From contig NC_045696.1 in NCBI RefSeq assembly GCF_009834535.1, positions 19,656,001 to 19,720,000 of the forward strand: a stretch of DNA of 64,000 bases. Direction: 5' to 3'. Within the stretch, counting starts at the first letter, position 1; each line of letters begins with the position of its first letter. A program made the position numbers and the translations under genes. Shown one piece after another: positions 26,903-39,782 of the stretch. This DNA comes from Camelus ferus. Its lineage: Eukaryota. The notes under the pieces were generated by a model that was not told where the DNA came from, made no database searches, and saw only the letters and a program-made list of their open reading frames with translations.

Positions 26903-29619
26903 AAATTTTTGTAGAAACTTCCATCAAATATCTCACGTCTTACAAAAGATCATATACGTGCCTATAAAAAGGAAAGTCAGAATTAAACAAAGGAGATAAA
27001 TGAAATACAGAGATAACTATTATCAGAGGATAAGTTCCATATTAATGTAGAAATTGTAGTCAAGAGAGCTATAGCAGAGCCTTGCTGTGCATGACATCCC
27101 GAAAAGCAATTAAGAAAAATATTTGCCAGATGGCTGTATGCAATGATATGAATAAACTGGCAACAAACCAATTTTTCTAAAACCTTTCCCTATATGTTAG
27201 AGAACAGGAGTATCAACAGTCTGATAAAGGTTATTTCAAGAAAAGTGGACAGTTTCATTTCAGTCTATGCAAATATTCACAGCAGAGCCTAAGGAATCCA
27301 TTTTAATTTTAGTGACAAGGTTAGCTGACTTTTGTCAGAGTATTGGCTAGAATCCATATCTGTTTGCCAGACTGGCCTTCTGTCCAGCCTTTAAAATTAT
27401 CCTAGGTCTGAAAATGTTATTTTAGGGGAAAAAAAATGAACAAAACAAGCTTCCAAAGAAATTTCTTTGTCTTAATTGATTTGTATAACTTAGGTAGCAC
27501 AGAGGTATGGAGTATGTGTTTATGATCAAATATAACAAAGCTATTGGAAATCTCACAGATAAAATATGACCATAAAAATAATTTCAGCAGCAACTATCTT
27601 GGGTACCATAAATATCCACTTTATATTTTCATTATGTTGGCATGGCTCTCTATAAATAACTGTCATGCTTAGATGTGAGTAGTAGTGAATGTCAAGGTCA
27701 GAGCTGAAAGCTACAATTGTAAGAACCGAGGAAGACCACAGTAGAATCACTTTTAGATGAGAGTTCTGACCCAGTAAGGACACAGATTTCAAAACTGAAG
27801 ATGGAGCATACGTAGTAACCAGAAGTCAATGCACTCAGGCATATCAGGAGCTACTTGTTAATACTCGGTAGACACTGAATGAATGAATGGATGAATTGCA
27901 GCGTTAAAGTGTGAACAGTATTTCATGACATTATCAAAATCTTTTGTTGATTAATAAGAAGAAACACAAACAAATTTAATACATATGAGGAAACTGATTT
28001 TAAATTCACATGGTCTGAAGGAAGAACTCATATAAAATAAATGCTCAGTGAACTTAATTTCTAGATAAGCTTCTACATTTATAAGTTGACCAAATTCGAA
28101 ATCACAATGATAAAACAATAATAGATTTCTCAACACCAATGTATTTTCCAAAGTAATCAAGAAGACCTTTAAATTCTATTTATTTTAAATACTAAGAATT
28201 ATGTCAAGGATAGTCACCTGTGAAAACTTTCACACTGTTGCCTAGTCCAGCTTTTCCACAGCAAAATAGCATCATTACAAGTTTTTTCAGTCCTTCATTC
28301 ATCAAATATCAATTGAGCGTCTAATATGTGTTAGGAAATGCTCTCCACCTGGGGACTTGGGAATGAATAATACAGAATTTGTGCACTATAGGAAATCATA
28401 TTACTGGGGGATTTATACACAATTCGAAACTTAATCTGAGATCAGTACTATATAGAAACAGAATGAAATCCTGAAGGAATGTGAGACTGGCAACATACAT
28501 GTCATTAAATCCACGTGTGAAAAATTTGTGCAGTTGACTCTTACGAGCTTTCAGCAAATTATTATAGAGTAGAGAAGCTAGTTTTCCAGATTTCCTAGGT
28601 GACATATGTAAAAACAAATAAATAAACAAATAGGAAGATCTAGAGCTAGTTATTAAAGAGAAAGAGACAAGAAAATACGAACAATACAAAACCAAAAAAC
28701 AAAGACCATATCTATAAGGAACCAATTAATTTAAGAGTCAAATTACCTTTTCACAGAAGTTCTTAATCTTTTTATTTTTTTAATTTTAAAATTTTATGTG
28801 TCAGTGACTCACTTGAGAGTCTGATAACTATGCCTCAAAATTATATTTTCAATAAAATATGAAATAAATATATAATATGTAATATAATAATATGTATTAC
28901 ATTAAAGTATGTATTTATATATTATATATAAACAAACACAAAATAGATAAATATATATAAAATATAAAATAGAATAAGTGTCCCTAAATACCAATTTTAT
29001 TTCCAGTTCAATCCATAAAATCATTGGTATTCTTGGACCCCATGTTTAAATTTACACAATTTAATAGCCTCTGTAATTGGAGGCAAACAACTGCTATTCA
29101 TAATGACAATCAGAGAAGCAAACAATTAGATCTAATATACTCTGATAAAAAAGGTGGGGAAATACGCATTTTTAGAAAGTTGTCTCTCTGAAACTGATGG
29201 AGAGCTGCTGTCCTCAACCAATGAAACCAATGAGACCAATGAACTGAGGGCAATGTATCTCCTCAACAGATTAGAACATGCTGCCAGTGTTGAGAACCAC
29301 AACTTTACCTACACTGAAATTGTTGGGAAGATTAAAGAAATGCATATTAAAAACAACTGGGCATGAACTGCATTGTGTATGCAGTTTAAGGATCACAGAT
29401 ATACATTTAGTGGGTATTTCAACTGCCTGAATCTTTTGGCTTTTCTGTTTCTTCTGGATAGTGCTTTTCTTTCCATTAGTTAACTGTACAAAGACACCAT
29501 TACTATTCTTTTTCTATCAAAAAAGGTCTGTGGTCATTTGTTGTTATGGAGCCATATTTAGATTATTCAAGTTAGGATTTTTTTTTTTTTTTTTTTTTTT
29601 TTTGCTAGGGTTAGATTTT

Positions 29620-30120
29620 CTCTCTCTCTCTCTCTTTTTACTAATTGAAGCATAGTCAATTTACAATGTTGTGCTACCATATAGTATACAGCATTTATAC
29701 ATATCTATTTATTTTCATATTATTTTTCATTATAGGCCATTATAAAGTATTGAATATAGTTCCCTGTGCTATACAGTAGGACCTTGTTGTTTATCTACTT
29801 TATATACAGCAGTTAGTATCTACAAATTCCAAACTCCCAATTTATCCCTCCCCACCCCTTTACCCCCATGATCACCATAAGTTTGTTTCTTCTGTCTGTG
29901 AGTCTGTCTCTGTCCATTGACAGATGGCTGCATAAAGGAAGTTGTGGTATACTTATACAATGGAATACTACTCAGCCATAAAAAAGAATAAAATAAAGCC
30001 ATTTGCAGCAACATGGATGGGCCTGGAGATTGTCATACTAAGTGAAGTAAGACAGAAAGAGAAAGAAAAATACCATATGGTATCATTTATATGTGGAAGC
30101 TAAAAAAAAAAAAGACACAA
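29620..30120 (-). mobile_element. 5'-truncated, 5'-inverted L1
   Basis: 3'UTR on minus (~29620-29910) joined to a plus-oriented ORF2-end/UTR segment (~29911-30120). Confidence 0.85.
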
Positions 30121-30670
30121 GAAAGCTAGAATTCTTAGTTTGTAAACTTGCTGTTTTTGTTTTATAATTCAAGCCTTTCCCACTAATCACAGAGGATGGC
30201 ATCTATCTCATCAAGAGGCATTCCTTGCTAAATGGAAATGAGAGCCACATAATGTCTTGAGGCACTGATCAGCTATTTCAATCAGCCCCAAAACAAGTTC
30301 CTCGGAACTGGAGGAATTCACAGCCTTACTTTTCATATCTTTTAACATCAACTCATAAAAATAAACAGGTATGGTAAAGAAATGGGATGAAAATGGGAAA
30401 ACTGTTTTACTATGGAGATGAGGTTAATTATCTGTGACTACAGTATAAGCAAGTATCAGTAAAGTCTTTCTCATCACATTCAGTTTTCATTATGTTATCC
30501 CAGAAAACTGCTTAGGAGGTGAAAATACACATTAAAATCATAAATATGTATTCTTCAATCATTTACTCATTGCTAGGCACTCTGATACAGGTGGAGAAAA
30601 AAATATCTATAGACACATTATCACTGCACCCAAGAATTTATACTCTAAAGTTAAGAGAGCGTAAGATAAG

Positions 30671-30671
<1 letters not shown>

Positions 30672-30720
<49 letters not shown>
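30672..30720. repeat. (CA)n microsatellite
   Basis: Directly visible. Confidence 0.95.
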
Positions 30721-30721
<1 letters not shown>

Positions 30722-33477
30722 TTATTACTTGAAGATGGAACCAAAATGTTGAGAGGGTTGAGGTTTAAAGAAGTAAAGGACCACATTAATTAGAATTTTT
30801 TTAGAACAATCACATTTTGAGCCTTGTCACTAATTTATCTAAATCATAACATGATAAATAGAAGATAGCTTTATAAATTAAACATAAAATGCATTTTTTA
30901 AAAGATGTAATCTGCATTTTCTATGCATCTGAATCTCCGATTCATAATAATTATAAAATTCTAAGGCTTTATAAATTATACATGACAATTTTATCAGGCC
31001 ACTTATTGTTTTCTATCTTTTTTATCTCTTAGGAGTGGAAAAAATAATAGCCAGAAAAACTACTAATGAAAGACAATGAAGATGTCAGTTTTCTTACTGA
31101 TACGGTGTTCTCGTATTTGGAATTCTCAGAATCCACTCTAGAGGGTTGACTGACTACATGAGTCACACCACTTCTGAGAACCATCACGCAGTGTTTCCTG
31201 GTATGAAACAAGTGTTGACTCCAATATATTGCTATCCAAAATAAAGTACCCTTTTTCAAAATGTGTTTTCTATTTATCTTTTTATGGCACTGTCACTTGG
31301 AGTCAAGCTAGGTTTTCATAGGGATAGTGGATCTGTCAAGTCAGTCCAGTCTCAGCTTTGCCTTGATATGTAATTCTGTTTCCTCCCCTTTTAGGTCTGT
31401 CTCCTTGAAGATAAAATACAAAACTGAATTAAAAATTGAGACTTTTTAAATCAGAAACCCCTCAAATTTTGGGTGTAGTCTTGATGTAGTGGCAAAGAAA
31501 TATACTGAGTTAATATGAACACCAGTTAAGATTATTAACAATTGAACTATACTGGAGTTTCAGTTTCTCTTTCAATGGTCATTTATTAGAATGTATAAGT
31601 CACTGCATAAATTCTATGTAGTATTCAAAGTTAGAGCTTCCAGGCTCTAACCTTGAAATGTTTTGTCCAACAGGAGACAAATGATAGGACATGACTAGCT
31701 CATGTACATAATCATTTTATGGAAATTTTGGACAATTATAACACAGGAAAATAAAACTTATATGATAAAGCTTTTACAGACTGTCTGACATATGCTTTAT
31801 CCTATCATACTGGAAACAATCTCTGTGCAGTAGTGTATGTGTCTTTCTTGCATAGATAATTTTATTTTAGTATTATCTTGTTCTCTAGTGAGGTCATGAA
31901 GTAAAGTCATCCACAATTGGTTAAGTCCATCTTCTGAATTAGGTTAGTAAGCTCAAGGTTAAAGGAGGAATGTTAATTTTTTATTTATGTTTATATTCCT
32001 TTTGTTTTATCCCTGAAATGATAGTCAAAACACTTTTTAATGCTCTATTCTGGTTTCTGACATTTGCATTCGTTAAGAAATTATGTTCCAAGTATCTGTT
32101 ATGTGTCAAGCTCTGTGCTGTTGATTTGGGTACATCGTATATTAATATACAGAGAAGCACATGCAAGTTTATAGCCACATTGGGCAGGAGCCTTGGGAGA
32201 CACAGTGCCTTCTTCTGCTCCCATATCCTTAGACTAGTAATTACTATTAACAGACCTTGAGAAGAAAGTTAATCTTGAGGACAAGAGTCAGAGTGGTAAA
32301 AATAATTTTTCCTCCATTGCTAGGCGTGGATGCTCAACATTTGATTTTATTAAGTGAACCAGCAGGTTTCCTTACAACTTCTAAAGCATTTTAATTCATT
32401 ATTGTCTAAGGTCATTCCCTATTCATGGCATCAAAGTGCTCATTCAATGCATTTTTGATATAGTTCTTTTCTCAGTAAAATACATTCTGGCCAAACTGAA
32501 AGAAAATATATATTTTTTCTTTGTACTCTGCATGGTTATTCTAAATCAAAGTAAATAGAAAAAATAAACCTATACTAATTTTAATTGAATTAAAATACAA
32601 ATAGAATAAACAATATTGAAAAATTTTAAAAAACAGACTTTCAAAGAGAAATACATATTTAAAAAATTCAGTGGATTATCTTTGGGTAGATGGGAAGCAA
32701 CTGAAAAATGTCTAAAGAATTCATATATATATATATACACACACACATACACACACACACACACATATAACTGATAAAGTGTTTTCTTATATATTATTTC
32801 TCATATTCCTCACAAGAGTGATATAAAACAGGTAAAGTGAGAGGTGTTAATAATAACGTAATTTAACATAGGGAAAGACCAAAGCATGGAGAATATCACT
32901 TAGATCTCTAGTCATAGTACCTGTGGAGACAAGCTTCAGACCCAATCTTTTGTCACAATTGTGCAATGCTTTCCATTTCACCATGCCTAACTGAAATTTC
33001 AGTTCCACATTAATTCAGTGTAAGAGAGCTCTTATTTTTCTCTCAGCACTTTCCCGGCAAATTCCTCAGCCAAGTCCACTTTGAGTTACCTATTCAGCTC
33101 AGTCATTTCTATACTGACAAATGTTTAGTCTTGGAGATGGAAGGAACTTGGCAAGGTGTATTCCTACTATAAAAAAGTGCAGAAATAATTTACGTTAGAT
33201 CTTTTACAGCCATATTTTAGTGAGAAAAATGTATATTTTAATCAGAGTTTAAGCTTTGAAATCCCTGAATATTGCTTTATTTCTATTGTTTTTCCTCTGC
33301 TACCCATGACTGGATGCTTTGAAGATTTAGCAACAATGAGTTTTCTCTTTTGGTTCTAAAATACATTTAGTTTGCCTCATCATATTTTATTCTGAATGAA
33401 TTTGATTTTCTTTAGAGGGGACTTTTGCTCTCCAGTTTCTGGTCCCCACAGTACCACTGCCACACTCACCATTATTT

Positions 33478-34135
33478 TATTTTTAGTGAAGTATAGTTGA
33501 TTTATAAAGTTGCATTAGTTTCAGGTGTACAGCAAAGTGATTCAGTTATACATATATATTCTTACATCTATTATATAAGATATTAGATTATATATATCAA
33601 ATAAATATCGATATATAAACATTAGATATCTATTATAGATATATCTATTATATCTATATGTGTATTTATTCTTTTTCAGATTCTTTTCCATTATAGGTTA
33701 TTACACGTTATTGAATATGGCTCCCTGTGCTCCACAGTAAATGCTCGTTGCTTATCTATTTTATGTAGAGTAGTGTGTACATGTTAATCCTAAACTGTTC
33801 ATTTATCCCTCTCCCCCTCCCCTTTTGGTAACCATAAGTTTATATTCTATGTCTCGGAGTCTATTTCTGTTTTGTAAATAAGTTCATTTGTCTTATTTTT
33901 AAGATTCCGTATATAAGTGCTATCACATGATATTTGTCTTTCTCTGTCTGACTTATTTCATTTAGTATGGTAATCCCAGGTCCATCCATGTTGCTGCAGA
34001 TGGCATTTAGGTGGCGTCCATGTCCTGGCTACTGTAAATAGTGCTGCTGTGGACACTGAGGGGCATGTATCCTTTCAAATTAGAGTTTTCTGTAGATGTA
34101 TGCCCAGGAGTGGATCATACGATAACTCCATTTTG
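33478..34135 (-). mobile_element. L1 3' fragment
   Basis: tgaagtatagttgattta...ggtgtacagcaaagtgattcagttata...ggtccatccatgttgctgca...cccaggagtgga. Confidence 0.9.
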
Positions 34136-34177
34136 ATGCTGAGACTAATTCACTCAATAAGATAGCCACTTGGCTCC

Positions 34178-34472
34178 TACTATGGGCTGAATGTTTGTGT
34201 TGCCCAAGAATGTACTTGTTGAAATTCTAGTGCCCAATGTGATGGTGTTAGAAGGTGAGGTCTCTGGGAGGTGACTAGGATATGAGGCTGGATCACTCAT
34301 GAATGAAATTATAGTCCATAAAAGCAATCCTACAGAGCTCCCTGCCCTTCTTCCATGTGAGGACACAAGGAGAAGGCTGCTCACCCCACCATCAGGACCA
34401 CCAAGTCCTGATGTTGGACTTCCAGCTTCCAGAACTGTGAGCAATAAATTTCTGCCGTGTATAAGCCATCTC
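34178..34472 (+). mobile_element. MaLR LTR (MLT1A-like)
   Basis: ctatgggctgaatgtttgtgt...ccatgtgaggacac...ggacttccagcttccagaactgtgagcaataaatttctg. Confidence 0.85.
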
Positions 34473-34559
34473 GTCAAACTAAAACAGCTCCTGCAGAATT
34501 CGATCTTGTGACCCTAGGGCCTAGATGGTCCATTTGTTGAGCTCCATACTTCTGAAGCT

Positions 34560-34990
34560 GTAACTTCGATTCTCTGTGAAGTGGACTCCTAGAGATACTT
34601 AGTGCTAAGGAGTCAACCCCGTTAGAAGGGAACTGAGAGATGCAGGGTTGGGTGGAGGGAAAAAATCAACTGCAAGGCAGAAGGAGGATCCAGTGGGTTC
34701 AGTAATCCTCAGAGAGAGCCATGGGACTGAAAGGGCCTATGGGAATTATCTGTATTGGGCTAAAAAGCTCAGGTCTTTATTCCTACCTCAATTAGTCATC
34801 AGGTGCAGGCTGTCCCTTGGGTGAGGAGACCCTCTGCTGTTGAGGCAGTCCCTAAAAATGGGCTGACAGCTGAAGTCTGTCTCTTGATAAAACCCCCAGA
34901 AGCAGGAGCAGCAGGTCCTTTCTGGAGGGGGACTCAGTGGTGCTTCTCCCTTTTCATCACACCATGTGACCTGACTCAAGCCACAGTGTT
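34560..34990 (-). mobile_element. Ancient ERVL LTR (LTR16-like)
   Basis: GC-rich block with tcagtcat/ggctgtcccttgg/gctgttgaggcagtccct/gggctgacagctg motifs; subfamily from memory only. Confidence 0.5.
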
Positions 34991-37510
34991 TGGTTAGAAT
35001 TTAGATCAGGTAGGTTCACAAAAACTTCACACTCTGATCCAGCTTAAGATGACTGGGAATGTGAAATACACATTTTAGAGGTGATATTGTATTAATAACT
35101 TGAACTCAGATATTAACTGATCCTATCAAAATTTTAAAGTCTTCCCACCCCCACCCTGAGTACACAAGCACACACAGTTTTATTTCACATTCAGTCACTT
35201 CCTGTGTAAGTCTGGTAGCTATGAAGGTATAAAATTGAGAAAATATGACTGGAGTCTGGCTAATATTTCATCTTCACACTTTGAGTTGTTTATTACAGCT
35301 ACAGCAGTAATATCTGCGACACTGCACACACTGTCAAAATATGTGTGGAAGGGTTAGTGGATCAAACACACGTCAGAATAATTTTTAATCAATATTTTAG
35401 CATTTTTATATGAAACAGAAAGTGTCTTCCAGATTCTAGTCCATACAAATCTAGTTGTTGTTAATGATGTATTAATGTTCAATTTTAGAATTCCAGGCCT
35501 TTGGGAGGATTTACTACCGAGTCCCATGTCATAATAGAAGCAAAAATATAGTAATCTTGAAAAGAAAATATGCAGTCATTATAATTATTCATTGACTTTG
35601 TTTTTTAATTGAATATGTTAGGTTTTTAATGCATGCACTTCTGTATACATCATTCAGAATAAGATAAATACCTGGATATTTTTATGTGGAACAATGTTAC
35701 TTAAAGGCATAAACATTCAGATTTATTCTTTTTTCTTTCATTCTATACTTCTAAGTGGTATAGTTGCTACATAACACTTATGTATTTTCTACATGTAGTT
35801 TCCTTGTTTTCCTACTAAAATATGACAATAAAAAGCCAGGATGTTTGCTAATGTTCTCCATTTCTTGTTTCAGTGGTAGCTGTAAAATTTATTCCCTCAC
35901 CCTAAACTTACACTATCACTTCTTCCCCTTTCATTATTATCAAGTACACTTTGAGTCTCAGTTTTCTTATCTTCAAAATGGGGTTCAGCTCTAGTTATTT
36001 ACATCCTAAAAATATTTAAATCTATTGTATATAAACTTTTATTTCTTATGTTAATCTTGTAAATTCTCAATATCACTACTACCAGTAAGATTTACTGCTG
36101 TTATTGGGCTCTGCAGAAACACATGATTATATAAAAAAGTAGTTAGATTGACACTGGGTTGGCCACTCACTATCCAAATCACTTTGGACAAGTTAATTAA
36201 ACTCTTTGTCTCTCAATCTCAGTTTTCTCATCTTTACAAAGGGAGATATACCTTTAGTGTTTATAAAAACTGATATAGTCTTTATAAAAATTGGTAAGTT
36301 AACAGATGTAAAGAGTTTAAGTCAAGTTCTAGTATATTATCAGAACTCAACAACTCTGATTTTAAACGGCACCATGTGTATATGTGCCCCCCCCAACACA
36401 CACACATTTAAGTCACTCTAGCCTGGGATGCTCTTCTAACAAATTAGAAATGATGAGCCACACGGTATGTATAATACAACTATATTCTAATCAAAATTCT
36501 GGTTTTAATTTAAAAATTAGAGCTATTCACTAAGGTCAGAATCAGTCCTATTATAGGTCAAATTTATACAATGGTAAACTATCTCAAATGATATAATTAA
36601 ATGTAGGTTGTTTTATTATCATATATTATTCTTTATCTCTCTCTTTTTAATTTGTTTGTGTAAAACTGTGGTCTTCTATAAAAGAGAAACACGTATCACA
36701 TGTAACATAATTTACTACAAAATGATTACTAGGAAAACTAAAGATGTTTCAAATTCAATATTTAATTTTGACAACTATATTTCTCTTTAAATTTTTCAGT
36801 AATAACTAAAGAATTTCAGCATATTGAAAACTTCTATATAGGACTGTGATATTACCTTTCATGGAAATAAAAAGAATATATCCATCTTTTCCACTTATTT
36901 TAAGTTGTCCTTTGAAGTTTCTCACTTTTACTTTCATTTTCATGGTCACAGTTTTTCCCCAGACTGTACTTCATTTAACTTTTCTTCCAGTGATAGGTAA
37001 AAAAGATTTATCTATTTTTCTTCTTAGCATTCTTCAAGCAGGTCAGATTTTACAGAAAATTTTATTATAAATATATTATTATAAATAATAAGGAAGGAAG
37101 TAACCTAATAAGATATCAATATTACACACCTAAAATCCATTCCTTTATCAATTGAAATTTAAGTGTTCATTATAGACCCAGACTGGACTGGACATGAGTG
37201 ATACAGAGACACTTCTGTAATGATGGACTAGGATGCAAAGACAAAGATGGGTATAAGATAAATAGTTCACTTAATCTGCATAATAAAGAAAAGGAGCTTA
37301 AGTTTAAGGTCAATATCTATTTAATACAAGACTAAGTATTTTAAATAGACAAACTACCCAGAAGAAGAAACAGAAATAGCCCATTACTTATAAATATGTA
37401 AAACATTTCTTGTACATTCCTTTAAATTGGGTACCTTGGTCGAGTCTATCAATCTACTTCACTATCCATACAACACTGTTACACAGACAAAACTTTTAGT
37501 CAGTTAACAA

Positions 37511-37800
37511 ACATTTGATCCTGTCCAAAATGTCCATAAGATATTCGGTCCACACCAAAATATCCTTGATATTTGCAGGACTATTTGGTCCTGTCCAAAA
37601 CTTCTGTGGAGACATTTGGTCCATGCCAAAGGCCCTTGATATTTAGTCCTTTCCAAAACCATTTGGCATGGGCCAAATATGTTCGTGGACATTTTGGATA
37701 GGACCAAACTTCAAGAACCTTCTGGCATGGATCAAAGTCTTATGGACCAATTGTGTTATGGCCCAAATATCTCATGGACATTTTGGACAGAACCAAATGT
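37511..37800. repeat. ~290-bp degenerate palindrome of internal subrepeats (ancient MITE-like element)
   Basis: 37511-37552 vs the reverse complement of 37759-37800: 37/42 identical. ttggtcc units on the left, ggaccaa units on the right. Confidence 0.8.
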
Positions 37801-38113
37801 CTTGTAGGACCTAGAAGCTGATGCTCTGGCTCACAAAATCTCTTTCCTTTCAAGTCTCTTCATTAGATTTTTATTGTTGATATCAACCTTCTATTTCATT
37901 ATGCACTCCTCCCATGCTAGAACTAGCTCTTGTTCATTCAGGGGTTTCTCACATGTACCATAATGTCAGCCCTCCATGGGTCATTCAGCCATGCTCTAAT
38001 ATCTTCTGTCTTCAATATTCTGTGAGCCCATATCCCTCTTCAGCAAACATTCCAATTCTCTGCATCCCATTAGATAAACTTTTATAAGGAATGTTTATGT
38101 GTGCTTTCTCTTT

Positions 38114-39305
38114 CTTTGTTTACTGAAGTGTAGTTGATTTAATAATATTGTGTTATTCTCAGGTATATAGCAAAGTGATTAAGTTATATATACATTTAAA
38201 TATATATATTTATATATAAGATCGATGATGGATTTCCTTAACTTCTTTTCTTAATGTTCTCCAATCCTGTTGTGACCTTATATATACATTTATTTCCAGA
38301 TTATTTTCATTAAAGGTTATTAGAAGATATTGAATATAGTTCCCTGTGCCATACAGTAAATCCTTGTTGCTTATCTATTTTAAGTACAGTAGTCTGTATT
38401 TGCTAATACCATTCTTCTAAATTATCCCTCCCTTCCCTTTCCCCAAAAAGACAACCTATAGAATTAGAGAAAACATTTGCAAGTGATGCAACTGACTAAT
38501 GTCCAAAATATACAAATACCTCATAGAACTCAATACAAAAACAAACGAACAAAAAAATACCCGATCAAAAATTGGGCAGAAGACCTACAGGCATATGAAA
38601 AGACATGAGTGATACAGAGACACTTCTGTTATGATGCCAAAGAAGACATGCAGATGACCAGCAGGCATATGAAAAGATGCTCAGCATCACTAACTATTAG
38701 ATAAGTGCAAATCAAAACCACAATAAGGTAGCACCAGTCAGAATGGCCATCATCAAAAAGTCTACAAATAATAAATGATGGAGACAGTACAGAGAAAAGA
38801 GAACCCTCCTATACTGTTGGTGGGAATGTAAATTAATGCAGCCCCTATGGAAAACAGTATGGAAGTTTCCTAGAAAACTAAAAATAGACTTACCATATGA
38901 TCCAGCAATCCCACTCCTGGGCAGCATATATTCAAGAAAAATGAAAACTCTGATTGAAAAAGATACATAGCAGCACTATTTACAATAGCCAAGATGTGGA
39001 AACAACCCACGTGTTCATCAACAGACAGTTGGCTTAAGAAGATGTGATATATGTATATCACTCTCTTTTCTTAATATTTCGTATATAATGGAATGTTACT
39101 CAGCCATGGAAAAGAATGGATTATTGCCATTTGTAGCAACTAGATGTACATAAAGAATATCATACTAAGTAGAGTAAGTCAGAAAGAGAAAGATTAATAT
39201 TATACTCTACCACTTATAGGTAGAATCTGAAAAATAAAACAAAATGAATCTATATACAGAATAGAAACAGACTCACAGATCTAAAAAACAAACTTATGGT
39301 TTCCA
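38114..39305 (-). mobile_element. 5'-inverted L1 inserted into an L2
   Basis: Minus 3'UTR ~38114-38443, plus-oriented ORF2-end/UTR ~38444-39305; TSD tttctcttt at 38105-38113 and 39306-39314. Confidence 0.9.
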
Positions 39306-39314
39306 TTTCTCTTT

Positions 39315-39782
39315 TTCTGATTCACTCCTAAATCCTATTCAGTTTGGATTCAACCTCTGCCATTGCAATGAGCAGGCCCTGTCAAGGTTTTCAATAATCT
39401 CCATGTTTCTACATCACACATGACATGCTAGTGCCATTGCGTGGCCTTTAGCACCACCTCCTTTTGGAAACAGTATCTGCTGCTCTGTTTTCTGGCACTC
39501 TCGGGATTTTCATCCCCCCCTCACTTGTTCCTCTTTCTCAGCCTCCTTGGCTGCTTCTCTTCTCATCAGGTTTAAAATCAGCCACCTATTCAACTATCCC
39601 CAGGTGAGCTAATCTGTGCCTCCTGTATGCGCACAAGTGTCAAGTGTAAGATTGTCCATGCTCTGTCCTCACACTATTGTAAGCATCATGAGGATAGTGT
39701 CGATCTGTCCTGTTCACATTTGTATCTCCAGGGCCTGGTTTTACGCCTATAGCAGTAATACAATAAATACTGAGAATGATTA
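39315..39782 (+). mobile_element. L2 LINE fragment
   Basis: tgtcaaggttttcaataatctccatgtt...tctgtcctgttcac...tgtatctccagggcctg...aataaatac. Confidence 0.65.

Larger units (their letters stand above)
28456..31480 (+). pseudogene. Possible decayed multi-exon gene E (unidentified)
   Basis: Exon-like segments 28456-28598 (KQNEILKECETGNIHVIKSTCEKFVQLTLTSFQQIIIE), 30193-30368, 31033-31200 (strong acceptor, CTG|gtatga donor; MKDNEDVSFLTDTVFSYLEFSESTLEG) and 31395 onward (strong acceptor). Several stops; one A-run slip needed. Confidence 0.3.

Noticed and set aside
37511..37800. CRISPR-like array
   Set aside because: Units are degenerate, mirror-symmetric and lack unique spacers; mammalian context with no cas genes.
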